Shown here in pieces: positions 29,326 to 38,084 of a DNA stretch of 64,000 nucleotides (the stretch's first letter is position 1; each line of letters begins with the position of its first letter). This stretch comes from Dehalococcoidia bacterium (GTDB lineage: Bacteria > Chloroflexota > Dehalococcoidia > WHTO01). The stretch covers positions 2,309-66,308 of the forward strand of contig JBBDXC010000010.1 of the NCBI GenBank assembly GCA_040902555.1, in the 5' to 3' direction. A program made the translations under genes and the position numbers. The notes under the pieces were generated by a model. The model ran no database searches. It worked only from the letters and a program-made list of their open reading frames with translations, and was not told the DNA's origin.

Positions 29326-30990
29326 ATGGACCATCGAGCTAGAGAACTGTTTGGCGGGGAGGCTTCGACCTTTCCGCTGCGGCGATGGGCGCCGGTTGCC
29401 GTGGCCTTTGTCGCGCTGGTCGTCGGCGTCGTGGCTTCCGCGAGCAGCGTGTTTGGCCACGGTGGTCCTAGCGAAGATGGCTCCGACCCCCTGCGAAACA
29501 CGCCGTTGCCTTGCGAGGTGGTCAACACGCCGGGCCTCACGGCCCGCTCGGCCAACGGCATCGAGCACGTTGCCAACGTCTGCGGCTTCGTCGGCACCGA
29601 CATCGAGTTCCAGTCGCGAATGGCCAATGACGGCGTCCACGATTACGCGTTCGTCGGGACGATGGGCGCCGGAATGCGAATCTATGACATCACCGACCCG
29701 ACAACGCCGACATTCGCCGGGGGCTACGCGGACCCGGGCTGGGAGAATGACATCCAGGTCGAGGGCCACCTTGCGGTTGCTACCTTCGACGGACTCGTGG
29801 GCGAGGACTCCTCAGCTTCAACTTGCCTGAAGGAGCGTTACCCGGACGCAATGGGGCAGGGCGTCGATGTGTACGACCTGGAGTACGACGCGGCTACGGC
29901 GCTATTCAACGTGGTGCTGCTGACCTGCGTGGCGAACCCACCGGGTGGCGCACACAACGTCACATTGAACCCGCGTTCCCAGTGGATGGCCATCTCCAAC
30001 TGCTGTTCCGACTGGGCGATGGATGTCATCGACCTTCGCCGTATCGAGAACAACAGCTCCCGGACGAGTGGAACGGCGCCCGATGCCAAGCACATCTATC
30101 GGCTGATCGATGCCTCGCAGAGGGATTCGTCGACATGTCCGGCCGGGGCGACCTACAGGTGCGTCGTCATCAAGAAGCCGAACGGCACCAACGCCACCGG
30201 GCTCTGGCAGCCTCACGACGTGCACTTCTCGCGCAACGGCAAGACAGCTTACGTGGCGGCGATCAATTCGACGTTCATCATCGACGTCAGCCGGGTATTC
30301 GAGGGCGTAGTCAAAACGATTGCCATCATTCCTAACATCTCGGAGCCCGGTGGCTTCGCCAGCCGGCACAACATTGACATCTCGCACCAGGCGGACGTGA
30401 CCGCGGACGGCAAGATCCTGGTCATCTCGGATGAGCGGGGCGGCGGCCTGACCGACCAGAACTGCAATGTCGAGGCCGGCGACGAGCTGGTCGGAGGCCT
30501 GCACTTTTGGGCCCTCGCCGAGATCAACGGCGTTGCCGCCTCGCGCGGGGCGTCGCCCTCCAACCCCAAGAAGCTTGGCGTCTACGTCAATCCCAACCCG
30601 AACGACCTGGGGGCGGACCCGCTGCAGCCGGCGCTGGATCTTCTCCCGCGCTTCACCTCGGGCTGCACAGTGCACGTGTTCCGCATCGGGCGCAACGGCA
30701 CGGCTTCGCCAGACGCGGCGGAGATTGAATTCGGCGGTGTCTCCAGCCTGAGTCAGCGCCAGCTGACGACGGCCTGGTACGGCGCGGGCGTGTGGTGGAT
30801 CGACTTCTCGGGCCGGCCAGACCGCAAGGCCGGTGACACCATCCGGGAGAGCACGGAGACTACGTGGGGCAACACGCTCGGTTGGAATGTGATGCCTGGT
30901 GCAAGCACGTGGGCGGCCAAGGAGTACAAGGGCTACATCTTCGCCTCGGATATTACGCGCGGCTTCGACGTTTACCGCTTTGCGGACTGA
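29326..30990 (+). CDS. Secreted beta-propeller protein (LVIVD-repeat-like)
   Basis: ATG at 29326 preceded by GAAGGAG; N-terminal TM/signal segment (WAPVAVAFVALVVGVVASASS); repeated blade-like motifs (HDYAFVGTMGAGMRIYDITDP, GLWQPHDVHFSRNGKTAYVA, GYIFASDITRGFDVYRF). Confidence 0.7.
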   Translation: MDHRARELFGGEASTFPLRRWAPVAVAFVALVVGVVASASSVFGHGGPSEDGSDPLRNTPLPCEVVNTPGLTARSANGIEHVANVCGFVGTDIEFQSRMANDGVHDYAFVGTMGAGMRIYDITDPTTPTFAGGYADPGWENDIQVEGHLAVATFDGLVGEDSSASTCLKERYPDAMGQGVDVYDLEYDAATALFNVVLLTCVANPPGGAHNVTLNPRSQWMAISNCCSDWAMDVIDLRRIENNSSRTSGTAPDAKHIYRLIDASQRDSSTCPAGATYRCVVIKKPNGTNATGLWQPHDVHFSRNGKTAYVAAINSTFIIDVSRVFEGVVKTIAIIPNISEPGGFASRHNIDISHQADVTADGKILVISDERGGGLTDQNCNVEAGDELVGGLHFWALAEINGVAASRGASPSNPKKLGVYVNPNPNDLGADPLQPALDLLPRFTSGCTVHVFRIGRNGTASPDAAEIEFGGVSSLSQRQLTTAWYGAGVWWIDFSGRPDRKAGDTIRESTETTWGNTLGWNVMPGASTWAAKEYKGYIFASDITRGFDVYRFAD

Positions 30991-31022
30991 ACGGCGATCG
31001 CGACCGAACACAAAGGGGCGCC

Positions 31023-31055
31023 CCAGGGGCGCCCCTTCTCCGTCTTCTCGATAAT
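31023..31055 (+). terminator. Rho-independent terminator after LVIVD-like gene
   Basis: 25-nt near-perfect palindrome AAGGGGCGCCCC-A-GGGGCGCCCCTT followed by a pyrimidine/T-rich tract. Confidence 0.55.
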
Positions 31056-31063
31056 CGAACGCG

Positions 31064-31970
31064 ATGGACGCCGAACGCGTTGCCTACAAGGGCTGGCCGA
31101 GCTGCTGGAGACTTTCCGATGGGCGCCTTGAGGTCATCGTCACGACCGATATTGGGCCGCGAGTCATGTTCTTCGGCTTTGCCGGCGGCGCCAACGAGTT
31201 CGGGGAAATAGAAGCGACGCTCGGGCATACCGGCGGCGACGAGTGGAAGCCCTATGGCGGACACCGCCTCTGGCACGGGCCCGAGGCCATGCCCCGGAGC
31301 TACCAACCGGACAACGAGCCGCTGGAGGCCCAGGTCAGTGGTGGAGTGGCAACGCTCACGCAGAGGACAGAGGCGGCGACCTGTATCCAGAAGGAGATCG
31401 AGATCAGCTTCGCGGCCGGCGGCGTGGTGGTAAGACACCGCCTCCACAACCGGAACCTCTGGCCGGTCGAGCTGGCCGCCTGGGGAGTGACGATCATGAC
31501 GGCCGGCGGGCAGGCCATCATCCCTCTAGGCCGCTGGGGCGCCCACGGCGAGAACCTGGCCGCTCGCAGCACGGTGTCGCTCTGGGCCTATACGGATATG
31601 ACGGACCCCCGCTGGTCGTTGGGCCGCGACTTTCTCCGCCTCAGGCAGGACAGCGGTAACGGCGAGCCCCAGAAGGCCGGCGCGTACGTGGACGAGGGTT
31701 GGGCGGCGTATGAACGGGGGCGGCCACCTGTTCGTGAAGCGCTTCGATGTCGTGAGTGGCGGCCGCTACCCGGACCTCGGCTGCTCTGTGGAGGTCTTCA
31801 CGAAAGGTGAGGTGCTGGAGCTGGAGACCTTGGGGCCGCTGACCGTGGTCGAGCCCGGCAGAGTGGTTGAGCACGTCGAGCGCTGGTACCTGTTCGAGGG
31901 CCTGGGGGCGTGCGACAGCGAGGAGCAGGTGGCGGGTGAAGTCCTGCCCAGGGTGAGAGAAACGTCATAG
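31064..31970 (+). pseudogene. Hypothetical protein split by a +1 frameshift at a G5 run (frameshifted gene or assembly error)
   Basis: ORF 31064..31810 (248 aa) and ORF 31710..31970 (86 aa) overlap in adjacent frames; the switch maps to GGGGG at 31716-31720; the second ORF has no RBS of its own. Confidence 0.5.
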
Positions 31971-32021
31971 CCTGTCGGAGGATGGCGGCGGAAGGTGGAA
32001 CCGCTAAACTAGAGCACGCGT

Positions 32022-32098
32022 GGGCGATTAGCTCAGTTGGCTAGAGCGCTTGCTCGACACGCAAGAGGTCACTGGTTCAAGTCCAGTATCGCCCACCA
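32022..32098 (+). tRNA. tRNA-Val (anticodon GAC)
   Basis: Cloverleaf by eye: acceptor GGGCGAT/ATCGCCC, D-arm GCTC...GAGC, anticodon stem CTTGC/GCAAG with loop TCGACAC, T-arm with GGTTCAAGTCC, encoded CCA. Confidence 0.9.
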
Positions 32099-32198
32099 CC
32101 TTTTGAATCTGCGTTCGGGGCATTTGGCGCGGCCGTCCATCGCCCGAAGGTGCCACTGCGGTGCCTATTCGCGAGAACCGGGCACCAGGTGCATCAGT

Positions 32199-32274
32199 GG
32201 GGACATAGCTCAGCCGGGAGAGCGCTGCGTTCGCATCGCAGAGGTCGGGGGTTCGAATCCCCCTGTCTCCACCA
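32199..32274 (+). tRNA. tRNA-Ala (anticodon CGC)
   Basis: Acceptor GGGGACA/TGTCTCC with G3:U70, anticodon stem CTGCG/CGCAG with loop TTCGCAT, T-loop GGTTCGAATCC, encoded CCA. Confidence 0.9.
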
Positions 32275-32325
32275 CCCCCCTGCTCGGATGGCCGCCAACG
32301 CTGGCTAAGATAGACCTTGTTCGGT

Positions 32326-32402
32326 GCCCCCGTAGCTCAGGTGGATAGAGCAACGGTTTCCTAAACCGTGTGTCGGGTGTTCGAGTCACCCCGGGGGTAC
32401 CA
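32326..32402 (+). tRNA. tRNA-Arg (anticodon CCT)
   Basis: Acceptor GCCCCCG/CGGGGGT, anticodon stem ACGGT/ACCGT with loop TTCCTAA, T-arm GGGTG-TTCGAGT-CACCC, encoded CCA. Confidence 0.85.
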
Positions 32403-32462
32403 CTTCCGCCCAGGAACCTGAATCTAATCGGCGGCGGCCGTCGACGCGCCTGAGGCTGCCGT

Positions 32463-32918
32463 TTAAGCTGGCGCCTTCCAATCCGATTCCTCGCCCCTCA
32501 TCACCGCCTCCAATGCCAATTTCGCTAGTTCGTCGGTCTCCGACATTAGCTCCTGGTAATCCTTTCCCAGCGCGATGGCCAGTGATCCGAGCTCGATTTT
32601 CGAAACTTCTGACGGGTCGGCGGCGTCCTCAACTGTCAGATCGATGTGACAGAATGAGCGGTAAAGCCCCACAGTCGCGTCCATCAGCTTCGTATAGGTG
32701 ATCACGCGGTCGATGAGTCGAAAGTAGCTTCCCGTCAGATCTGCCGGGCCGGTCGAAACTCTAAAGATCTCATTCGCGTCAGGGAGCGGCACCGCGCCAT
32801 CGTAACGGAAGTTCTGCACGGGCAAGAGCTGCCCCTGGCGCCTCACGGTGACGGAGATAGGGAAGAAATCACTCGCCGGGGCTTCGTCCGGTCTCATCCC
32901 AGTGCTCGCCATAGTCAA
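32463..32918 (-). CDS. Hypothetical protein, visibly lower GC than neighbours
   Basis: 151-aa ORF immediately downstream of the tRNA cluster; no recognisable motif; start ambiguous (several N-terminal Met). Confidence 0.45.
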   Translation of the reverse strand: MTMASTGMRPDEAPASDFFPISVTVRRQGQLLPVQNFRYDGAVPLPDANEIFRVSTGPADLTGSYFRLIDRVITYTKLMDATVGLYRSFCHIDLTVEDAADPSEVSKIELGSLAIALGKDYQELMSETDELAKLALEAVMRGEESDWKAPA

Positions 32919-33024
32919 AATCTACTCCAGACGGAGCGGCCCCGGCCTCATGGATTGCAAACAACAGGAGCTGCCGCCTTGAAGACGGGAGTACTCCAGT
33001 CCATAGGTGTTCTGCCAAGAGCCT

Positions 33025-35346
33025 TTAATGGGGCAAAGGCGGGCTGACAGTAACACCAGCCGCAGCCAGACGCTCAAGATCCGCACCACGTCCGATCTCC
33101 TCGAGGATCTCGGCGGTGTGCTCGCCCAGCAGCGGCGCCACCCGCTGGATGACGCCGGGGGTTTTCGACAGGCGGAAGAGGAGGCCTGTTTGGGTGATTT
33201 GGCCGAGCTCAGCGTGGTGGCCGCTCGCGAGCAGGTCGTTGGCGGCAACCTGGGGGTCGTTGAAGAGGTCGAGGGGCGAGCGGAGGCGGGCACAGGGAAC
33301 CCCGACGCCGTCGAGAAGGCGTTCCGCATTCTTTGAGTCGAGGCCGGCGAGTACGGCGCTTACTGTGGTCGCATCGCTCCGCTCGGGACCGGAGAAACGG
33401 GCGGTAGCGAAGTCCTGTAACGCAAGGCCGAGCGCAGACCCTAAAGCCTCCCAATGGCTCGCTTCGCGGCAGGCTACGAAGAGCCAGTGATCGCCCGCGC
33501 AGCGATAGGCCCGGTAGCCCGGCCAGGGCCCTTTGGCTTCCGATGGTAAGGTGCGGGGTTCAGGAACTCCCTGGCCGAAGAGGAACTGGCCGGACTGGGC
33601 GGCCATCGTGGAGTTGGTCAGCGAGAGGCGGACGTGAGAGCCCTCACCGGTCTTCTCGCGCATCCAAATGGCCGCCAGCGCGCCGAAGGCATTAAGCATG
33701 CCGGCGGCGTGGTCGGACAGCGGCACAGCGAAGAAGACCGGGTCGCCGTCGCCGCCCTGGGCGGCCATTGCGCCCGACCGCGCCTGCAGCAGAGGATCGA
33801 AGGCCGGACGCTCGGCCAGCGGTCCCGTAAAGCCATTACCGACAACGCTGACGTAGACCAGGCGCGGATTGACCGCCTTGAGCGACTCATAGTCGACGCC
33901 GAGCCTCTGGGTGACGCCGGGGCGGTAATTCTCCACGAGCACGTCCGCGCCGCGGACGAGGTCAAGCAGTATCTCCTTGCCCTCAGGGCTGCGCAGGTCG
34001 AGGCCGATGCTGCGTTTACCACGGTTCCAGCCCAGGAAGCCGACAGCCATCTGGCGGAAAGGCTCGCCCTGCACCGGCTCAATCTTGATGACGTCGGCGC
34101 CCAGGTCGGCCAGCATCATTGGGCCAAGCGGGCCGGCGATGTAGAACGACAGATCAAGCACGCGCAGACCATCCAGTGGACTCTTGAGACCACGAGCAGC
34201 TTGCGCCCCTGGTCTGAGCTGCACCCCTGACCAGATTTCCTCGATCGCCCTCTCTCTTGGCACCGGCGCAGCCTTCTTGACGACCGGCTCGTCGGTACCG
34301 ACGCGGATCGGGACGCCCATCTGCACTGTTGGGCCGAGGACTGGGTCGTCGACCTCGACGCGCATGCCATTGGCGATCACCTGCGGGTCATCGATGAAGG
34401 CGCGCCGAGAGCCGACCTGGGCGGCCGGGACGTCCGATGCATCGAAGATGCTCAGCCACTCGCCACAGGGCTTCGAAGCGATGGCCTCGCCGATTACGGC
34501 CACCAGCGCCGCCCGGTAATCGGGAGCGACGACGCCCCAGGGGGCGTTTTGGAAGCGTTCATCGCCGACAAGCTCTGGTCGCTCGATGGCTATCGCCATC
34601 TTGTTGAAGAAGACATTGTTGCCGCAGGCCAGGAAAATCCACTCGCCGTCGGCGCACTGGTAGAGGCGATAGGCCGGGACGGCGCCAAGCGGGAAGCCAC
34701 GGGCCAGCGTGAGGCGCATGACAGCACCTTCGAGGGCGTTGACGAGGCTGCCGGTGGTCATCGCCAGGGCGCCGGCCAGCCAAGACACCTCAACGGTCTG
34801 CCCTCGACCGGTCGTTCGGCGTGCGAGTAGCGCGGCCATGGCCGCAATAGCACCCAGGAAGGCGGCGCCATAGCTCGCGAAGGGTAGCGTCAGGTAGACG
34901 GGCTCCAGGCTGGCGCTCGGCTGACCTTCGAGTAGGCCCGCGGCCGCGGCGGCCAGGGCATCATCCGCGAAGCGGCCGGCGTCGGGGCCGCGCGAACCCA
35001 AGGGCGGCAGCCAAAGGTGAACAAGGTGAGGATGTCTCGTGGCGATCTCGTCGGCATCCAGGCTGGCGGGCGCGGCACGTGGGAGGTAGCTGGTCACGAG
35101 CACGTCGGCGCATTGCAGCAGTCGTTCGAGCCGTTGCCGATCCTCACTACTTTCGAAGTCGACAAGGCAACCATCCTTGCTGCGGTTCCAGACGTGGAAG
35201 CCGGGGAGGCGCCGGCCGGGATCGCCCGACGGCGCGAGCTCGACCTTGACGACATCGGCGCCCTGCTCCGCGAGCAGCATCGTCGCGTAGGGGCCGGCGA
35301 TCTCCTCGCTGAGGTCGACGACGCGCAGGCCTTCCAGAGGCAGCAT
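33025..35346 (-). CDS. CoA-transferase family III (CaiB/BaiF) protein with two tandem complete transferase domains
   Basis: Two copies of the family N-terminal signature (LEGLRVVDLSEEIAGPYATMLLAEQGADVVKVE and LDGLRVLDLSFYIAGPLGPMMLADLGADVIKIE); start taken at ATG 35346 (ORF track 35385). Confidence 0.85.
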   Translation of the reverse strand: MLPLEGLRVVDLSEEIAGPYATMLLAEQGADVVKVELAPSGDPGRRLPGFHVWNRSKDGCLVDFESSEDRQRLERLLQCADVLVTSYLPRAAPASLDADEIATRHPHLVHLWLPPLGSRGPDAGRFADDALAAAAAGLLEGQPSASLEPVYLTLPFASYGAAFLGAIAAMAALLARRTTGRGQTVEVSWLAGALAMTTGSLVNALEGAVMRLTLARGFPLGAVPAYRLYQCADGEWIFLACGNNVFFNKMAIAIERPELVGDERFQNAPWGVVAPDYRAALVAVIGEAIASKPCGEWLSIFDASDVPAAQVGSRRAFIDDPQVIANGMRVEVDDPVLGPTVQMGVPIRVGTDEPVVKKAAPVPRERAIEEIWSGVQLRPGAQAARGLKSPLDGLRVLDLSFYIAGPLGPMMLADLGADVIKIEPVQGEPFRQMAVGFLGWNRGKRSIGLDLRSPEGKEILLDLVRGADVLVENYRPGVTQRLGVDYESLKAVNPRLVYVSVVGNGFTGPLAERPAFDPLLQARSGAMAAQGGDGDPVFFAVPLSDHAAGMLNAFGALAAIWMREKTGEGSHVRLSLTNSTMAAQSGQFLFGQGVPEPRTLPSEAKGPWPGYRAYRCAGDHWLFVACREASHWEALGSALGLALQDFATARFSGPERSDATTVSAVLAGLDSKNAERLLDGVGVPCARLRSPLDLFNDPQVAANDLLASGHHAELGQITQTGLLFRLSKTPGVIQRVAPLLGEHTAEILEEIGRGADLERLAAAGVTVSPPLPH

Positions 35347-35406
35347 CAGCGCAGCACCTCTCCCCCTGGCACCGTCTCCGTCCACCGAGAAGGGGACATG
35401 GGCCTG

Positions 35407-36423
35407 CTACCAGGCCGCGCGCAAACCACGCTCTACCTGCTCTTCACTCAGGACGTGGGCTATGCCGAAGGGGAGGTGGTTCCTCGCGGCATAGTCGGGT
35501 AGGGAGCGCAGCGTGGCTTCAGCCGCAACCCACGGGACGCTTTCTAAGGCGATGCCGGCCTGGTCGAGGGCGTCGCGGAGGGGCTCCCAGTTCTGTTCCT
35601 GGGCTGCCGCGATGGCAACGATACCGGGACCAACGAGTTCGCCATGTGGAAGCCCCGAGCCAACGACATTTTCCACCGCGTAGGCGAAGTAGTGCTCGCT
35701 GCCCTCCTCGGCCCGCGAATGGCCAATGAGGTTGCAAAGCTGCACCTCGATGGCCAGCAGGGACAGGAGGCGCTGCAGAGCCGCGATCTCGCCGCGGCCC
35801 AATCGCGGCGCCAGGAGCACCGCCTCATCAAGGATGTCGCGAGCTATCCGCGCGATGAACGGAATCACGTTGCCGCCGCCGAGTAGCTTTCCCTCGGACT
35901 CGGCGAAGTGCCAGTCCCAAAGTGCTGTGGCGATCGAGATCACGTCGGCGACGCCGGCCGCGCGAATGTAGGCGGGTGCGGCAGCGAGTAGTTCCCAGTC
36001 GAGATAGAGGACCTGGGCGGCGCCCGTCTCGACGTAGGAGACAAAGCCGTCACGGCGAACCCCGCTCGCCGGCGTCAGGAAGGCGTCGACGGAGATTGCG
36101 GTTGGGACGCCGGCCAGCGGCAGGCTGTGCTGAAGCGCGGCGTACTTGGCGGCGTCGAAGGCCAGCCCTCCGCCCACCGCGTAGATCACCTCGACCTGGT
36201 CGGGCATCTCCCTAGCCAGTGACGCGAAGTGCGCTTCGCTGGCCTCAGTTGGCTCAGCGCGCCAGACCTCGTTTACGTTGAGCGTCCCGTTTAGGGCGGA
36301 CCAGGCGGCCGGCTGCGTAAAGATGGCAACGTTGTGGTCCTCGCGGATTCGCGAGAGCGGCGTATTTTCGAAGCCTGGCAGAGCATAGATGCGGAGCACA
36401 GGTTTGGCTTGAGATGTTGTCAT
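35407..36423 (-). CDS. Iron-containing alcohol dehydrogenase / glycerol-1-phosphate dehydrogenase-like protein (DHQ-synthase-like fold)
   Basis: Glycine-rich NAD motif (YAVGGGLAFDAAKY) and metal-ligand region (GHSRAEEGSEHYFAYAVE); ATG at 36423 with GGAAAGG SD (ORF track start 36465). Confidence 0.7.
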   Translation of the reverse strand: MTTSQAKPVLRIYALPGFENTPLSRIREDHNVAIFTQPAAWSALNGTLNVNEVWRAEPTEASEAHFASLAREMPDQVEVIYAVGGGLAFDAAKYAALQHSLPLAGVPTAISVDAFLTPASGVRRDGFVSYVETGAAQVLYLDWELLAAAPAYIRAAGVADVISIATALWDWHFAESEGKLLGGGNVIPFIARIARDILDEAVLLAPRLGRGEIAALQRLLSLLAIEVQLCNLIGHSRAEEGSEHYFAYAVENVVGSGLPHGELVGPGIVAIAAAQEQNWEPLRDALDQAGIALESVPWVAAEATLRSLPDYAARNHLPFGIAHVLSEEQVERGLRAAW

Positions 36424-36508
36424 TCGGTCAGCCTTTCCGGGATGACGGCAACTCCATCCTCGCACGGGGCCAGCGTCGCTCGTGCGCCGGACCTACATTC
36501 GAAGGCGC

Positions 36509-36591
36509 GAGTTGTTTGATGGCCGCAGGGTTCATCTCAGATTCGCCAGCCAGTTGTTGGTTTGTTTGAGTTGTTTGACTTGTTTGATCCT
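36509..36591 (-). repeat. AC-rich ~80-nt conserved element, copy 2 (upstream of Fe-ADH-like gene)
   Basis: Reverse complement reads GATCAAACAAGTCAAACAACTCAAACAAACCAACAACTGGCTGGCGAATCTGAGATGAA...TCAAACAACTC; about 51 of 53 core nt identical to copy 1. Confidence 0.7.
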
Positions 36592-36622
36592 CCCCCCTTG
36601 CCAAGGGGAGGGGAAAGGAGGG
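36592..36622. repeat. REP-like palindromic repeat (copy B)
   Basis: CCCCCCTTGCCAAGGGGAGGGG hairpin immediately abutting AC-rich copy 2. Confidence 0.5.
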
Positions 36623-36890
36623 GCCGCCGCCGTCGGATCCGGAGGACCGATGTGGAACCAGCGAACCCCGCCCCGCCATCTCACCCGTGGCCCCCTACGC
36701 CGAGGCTCATTCTTCGAATTCCGTAAAGAGAGGGGGTAGAGTGAGCGGTCGAAGATCAGCGTGAAACTGGGCGGGCGTGGATAGTTGCACCGGGACTCCC
36801 CAAGGGTGGTTGAGAGAGCTTGAGAGACGAGAGCGACAGGTTTGGTCGTTCTGGTGGCTGCTATTCGCGATCTCTCATCGCGAGCAAAGC

Positions 36891-36937
36891 CGGGACACCT
36901 CTCCCCTAGCCCCTCTCCCGGCCGGGAGAGGGGGACA
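36891..36937. repeat. REP-like bipartite palindromic repeat (copy C)
   Basis: ACCTCTCCCCTAGCCCCTCTCCCGGCCGGGAGAGGGGGA; same family as copies D-K. Confidence 0.6.
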
Positions 36938-37064
36938 TCGGCGGGGGCCGGCCGGGTTTCACTCAAAGTCGCGTGTACGTCTTGGATGGGACGACGAGGC
37001 GGTGTCTTTCTGGGCGGCGCACTGCATCGTCCGCCGGACATCCGCCCCGACAATGCGCGGGACG

Positions 37065-37248
37065 CTATTTGCTGTCGTCCTCGATGTTCGCCCTGACCAT
37101 GGCTATAAGCTCCGGGGTGGGGCTCCAGGTCGTGGGTGGCGGCGTGCTCGGCCACAAGCTTCATGAGCTCTTCTTCGCTTTCCGCCCGAACGACGTGCCC
37201 ACAACCGGAAGCCGGATTGACCTTCCCGCAATCAACAACCATTGCCAT
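37065..37248 (-). pseudogene. DUF1059-type small metal-binding protein, frameshifted at a C4 run (or assembly indel)
   Basis: N-terminus MAMVVDCGKVNPASGCGHVVRAESEEELMKLVAEHAATHD matches small DUF1059 proteins. After the GGGG/CCCC run near 37095-37103 the +1 frame continues ...PTPELIAMVRANIEDDSK and stops at 37065 (60 aa if one C is removed). The 238-aa in-frame ORF in the track has noncoding-like codon usage and runs through repeats. Confidence 0.6.
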
Positions 37249-37363
37249 CTGATCCGCTCCTTTCGATTCCGATACCAGAAGAATAGGGCGCGCCTGGCTC
37301 GGTCAGAAGCAAGCGGTGGATAGCGGCGAGGGGTAAGCTCAGGAGAAAATTGAAGGAAGCGGA

Positions 37364-38056
37364 ATGTACCTCAAGCTCCTCCTCGCGCTTGGGCTGATAG
37401 CCCTCGGTCTATTCGAGGCCACCGCCGACAGCCAGGCCGGCCCTCCTCTGTGCGCCGGCAAGGAAGCGACGATCTTTGGTCAGTCGGGCACGATCAACGG
37501 CACGACAGGCAACGACGTAATCGTCGGCTCGGCCGCGAACGACGTGATCCTCGGAAGGGGTGGCAACGACACGATCTGCGCCAGCGCTGGCAGCGACGGC
37601 CTTAATGGGGGCGCCGGAAACGACAAACTCTACGGACAGGCGGGGGACGATGACCTCCTCGGCGGGGCCGGGACCGATGTCCTGTCCGGCGGTGGCGGTC
37701 CTGACCTCTGCAACGGCGGGGGCGGCACGGAGAAGACCATCGGCTGCGAAGTCCTGACGAACCTCACCATAGTTGCCACCGACTTCAACTTTGACATGAA
37801 CCAGTTCAACGTCCGTCCCAACACGACCGTCAGGGTTGCCTTGAACAACAAAACCAACGGCACGCCGCACAACGTAGCGTTCTACACGGACCCGGCGCAT
37901 ACCGACCTTGTGGCCAACACAGCCCTTGTGCCGGGTCCCGCCGTGCGAGAGATAAGCTTCCTGGCTCCAGAGGAGGGAGTGACCTACTTCTACAAGTGCC
38001 AGCAGCATGCAGAGATGAATGGCCAAATGACGACGAACAACGTCTTCCCGCCCTGA
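37364..38056 (+). CDS. Secreted protein with RTX-type glycine-rich repeats and a C-terminal type-1 copper (cupredoxin) domain, paralog 1
   Basis: Signal peptide (LLLALGLIALGLFEATA); repeats GNDVIVGSAANDVILGRGGNDTI...GGAGNDKLYGQAGDDDLLGGAGTDVLSGGGGPD; copper-ligand pattern H...C-x2-H-x5-M (PHNVAF ... YFYKCQQHAEMNGQM); GAAGGAAG SD before ATG. Confidence 0.75.
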   Translation: MYLKLLLALGLIALGLFEATADSQAGPPLCAGKEATIFGQSGTINGTTGNDVIVGSAANDVILGRGGNDTICASAGSDGLNGGAGNDKLYGQAGDDDLLGGAGTDVLSGGGGPDLCNGGGGTEKTIGCEVLTNLTIVATDFNFDMNQFNVRPNTTVRVALNNKTNGTPHNVAFYTDPAHTDLVANTALVPGPAVREISFLAPEEGVTYFYKCQQHAEMNGQMTTNNVFPP

Positions 38057-38084
38057 TCAATCTCCGTTTCCAGAAAGGACCCTT

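Noticed and set aside
29116-36591. AC-rich inverted pair as terminal inverted repeats of an IS or composite transposon
   Set aside because: No transposase, integrase or target-site duplication between or beside the copies; both copies sit in the same orientation just upstream of gene starts, which fits a regulatory element better. Kept as a finding with the inversion possibility noted.
36532-37248. 238-aa minus-strand ORF taken at face value
   Set aside because: Only the first ~40 codons look coding (DUF1059-like); the rest has noncoding-like codon usage and traverses two repeat families; a 1-nt frameshift gives a canonical 60-aa product.
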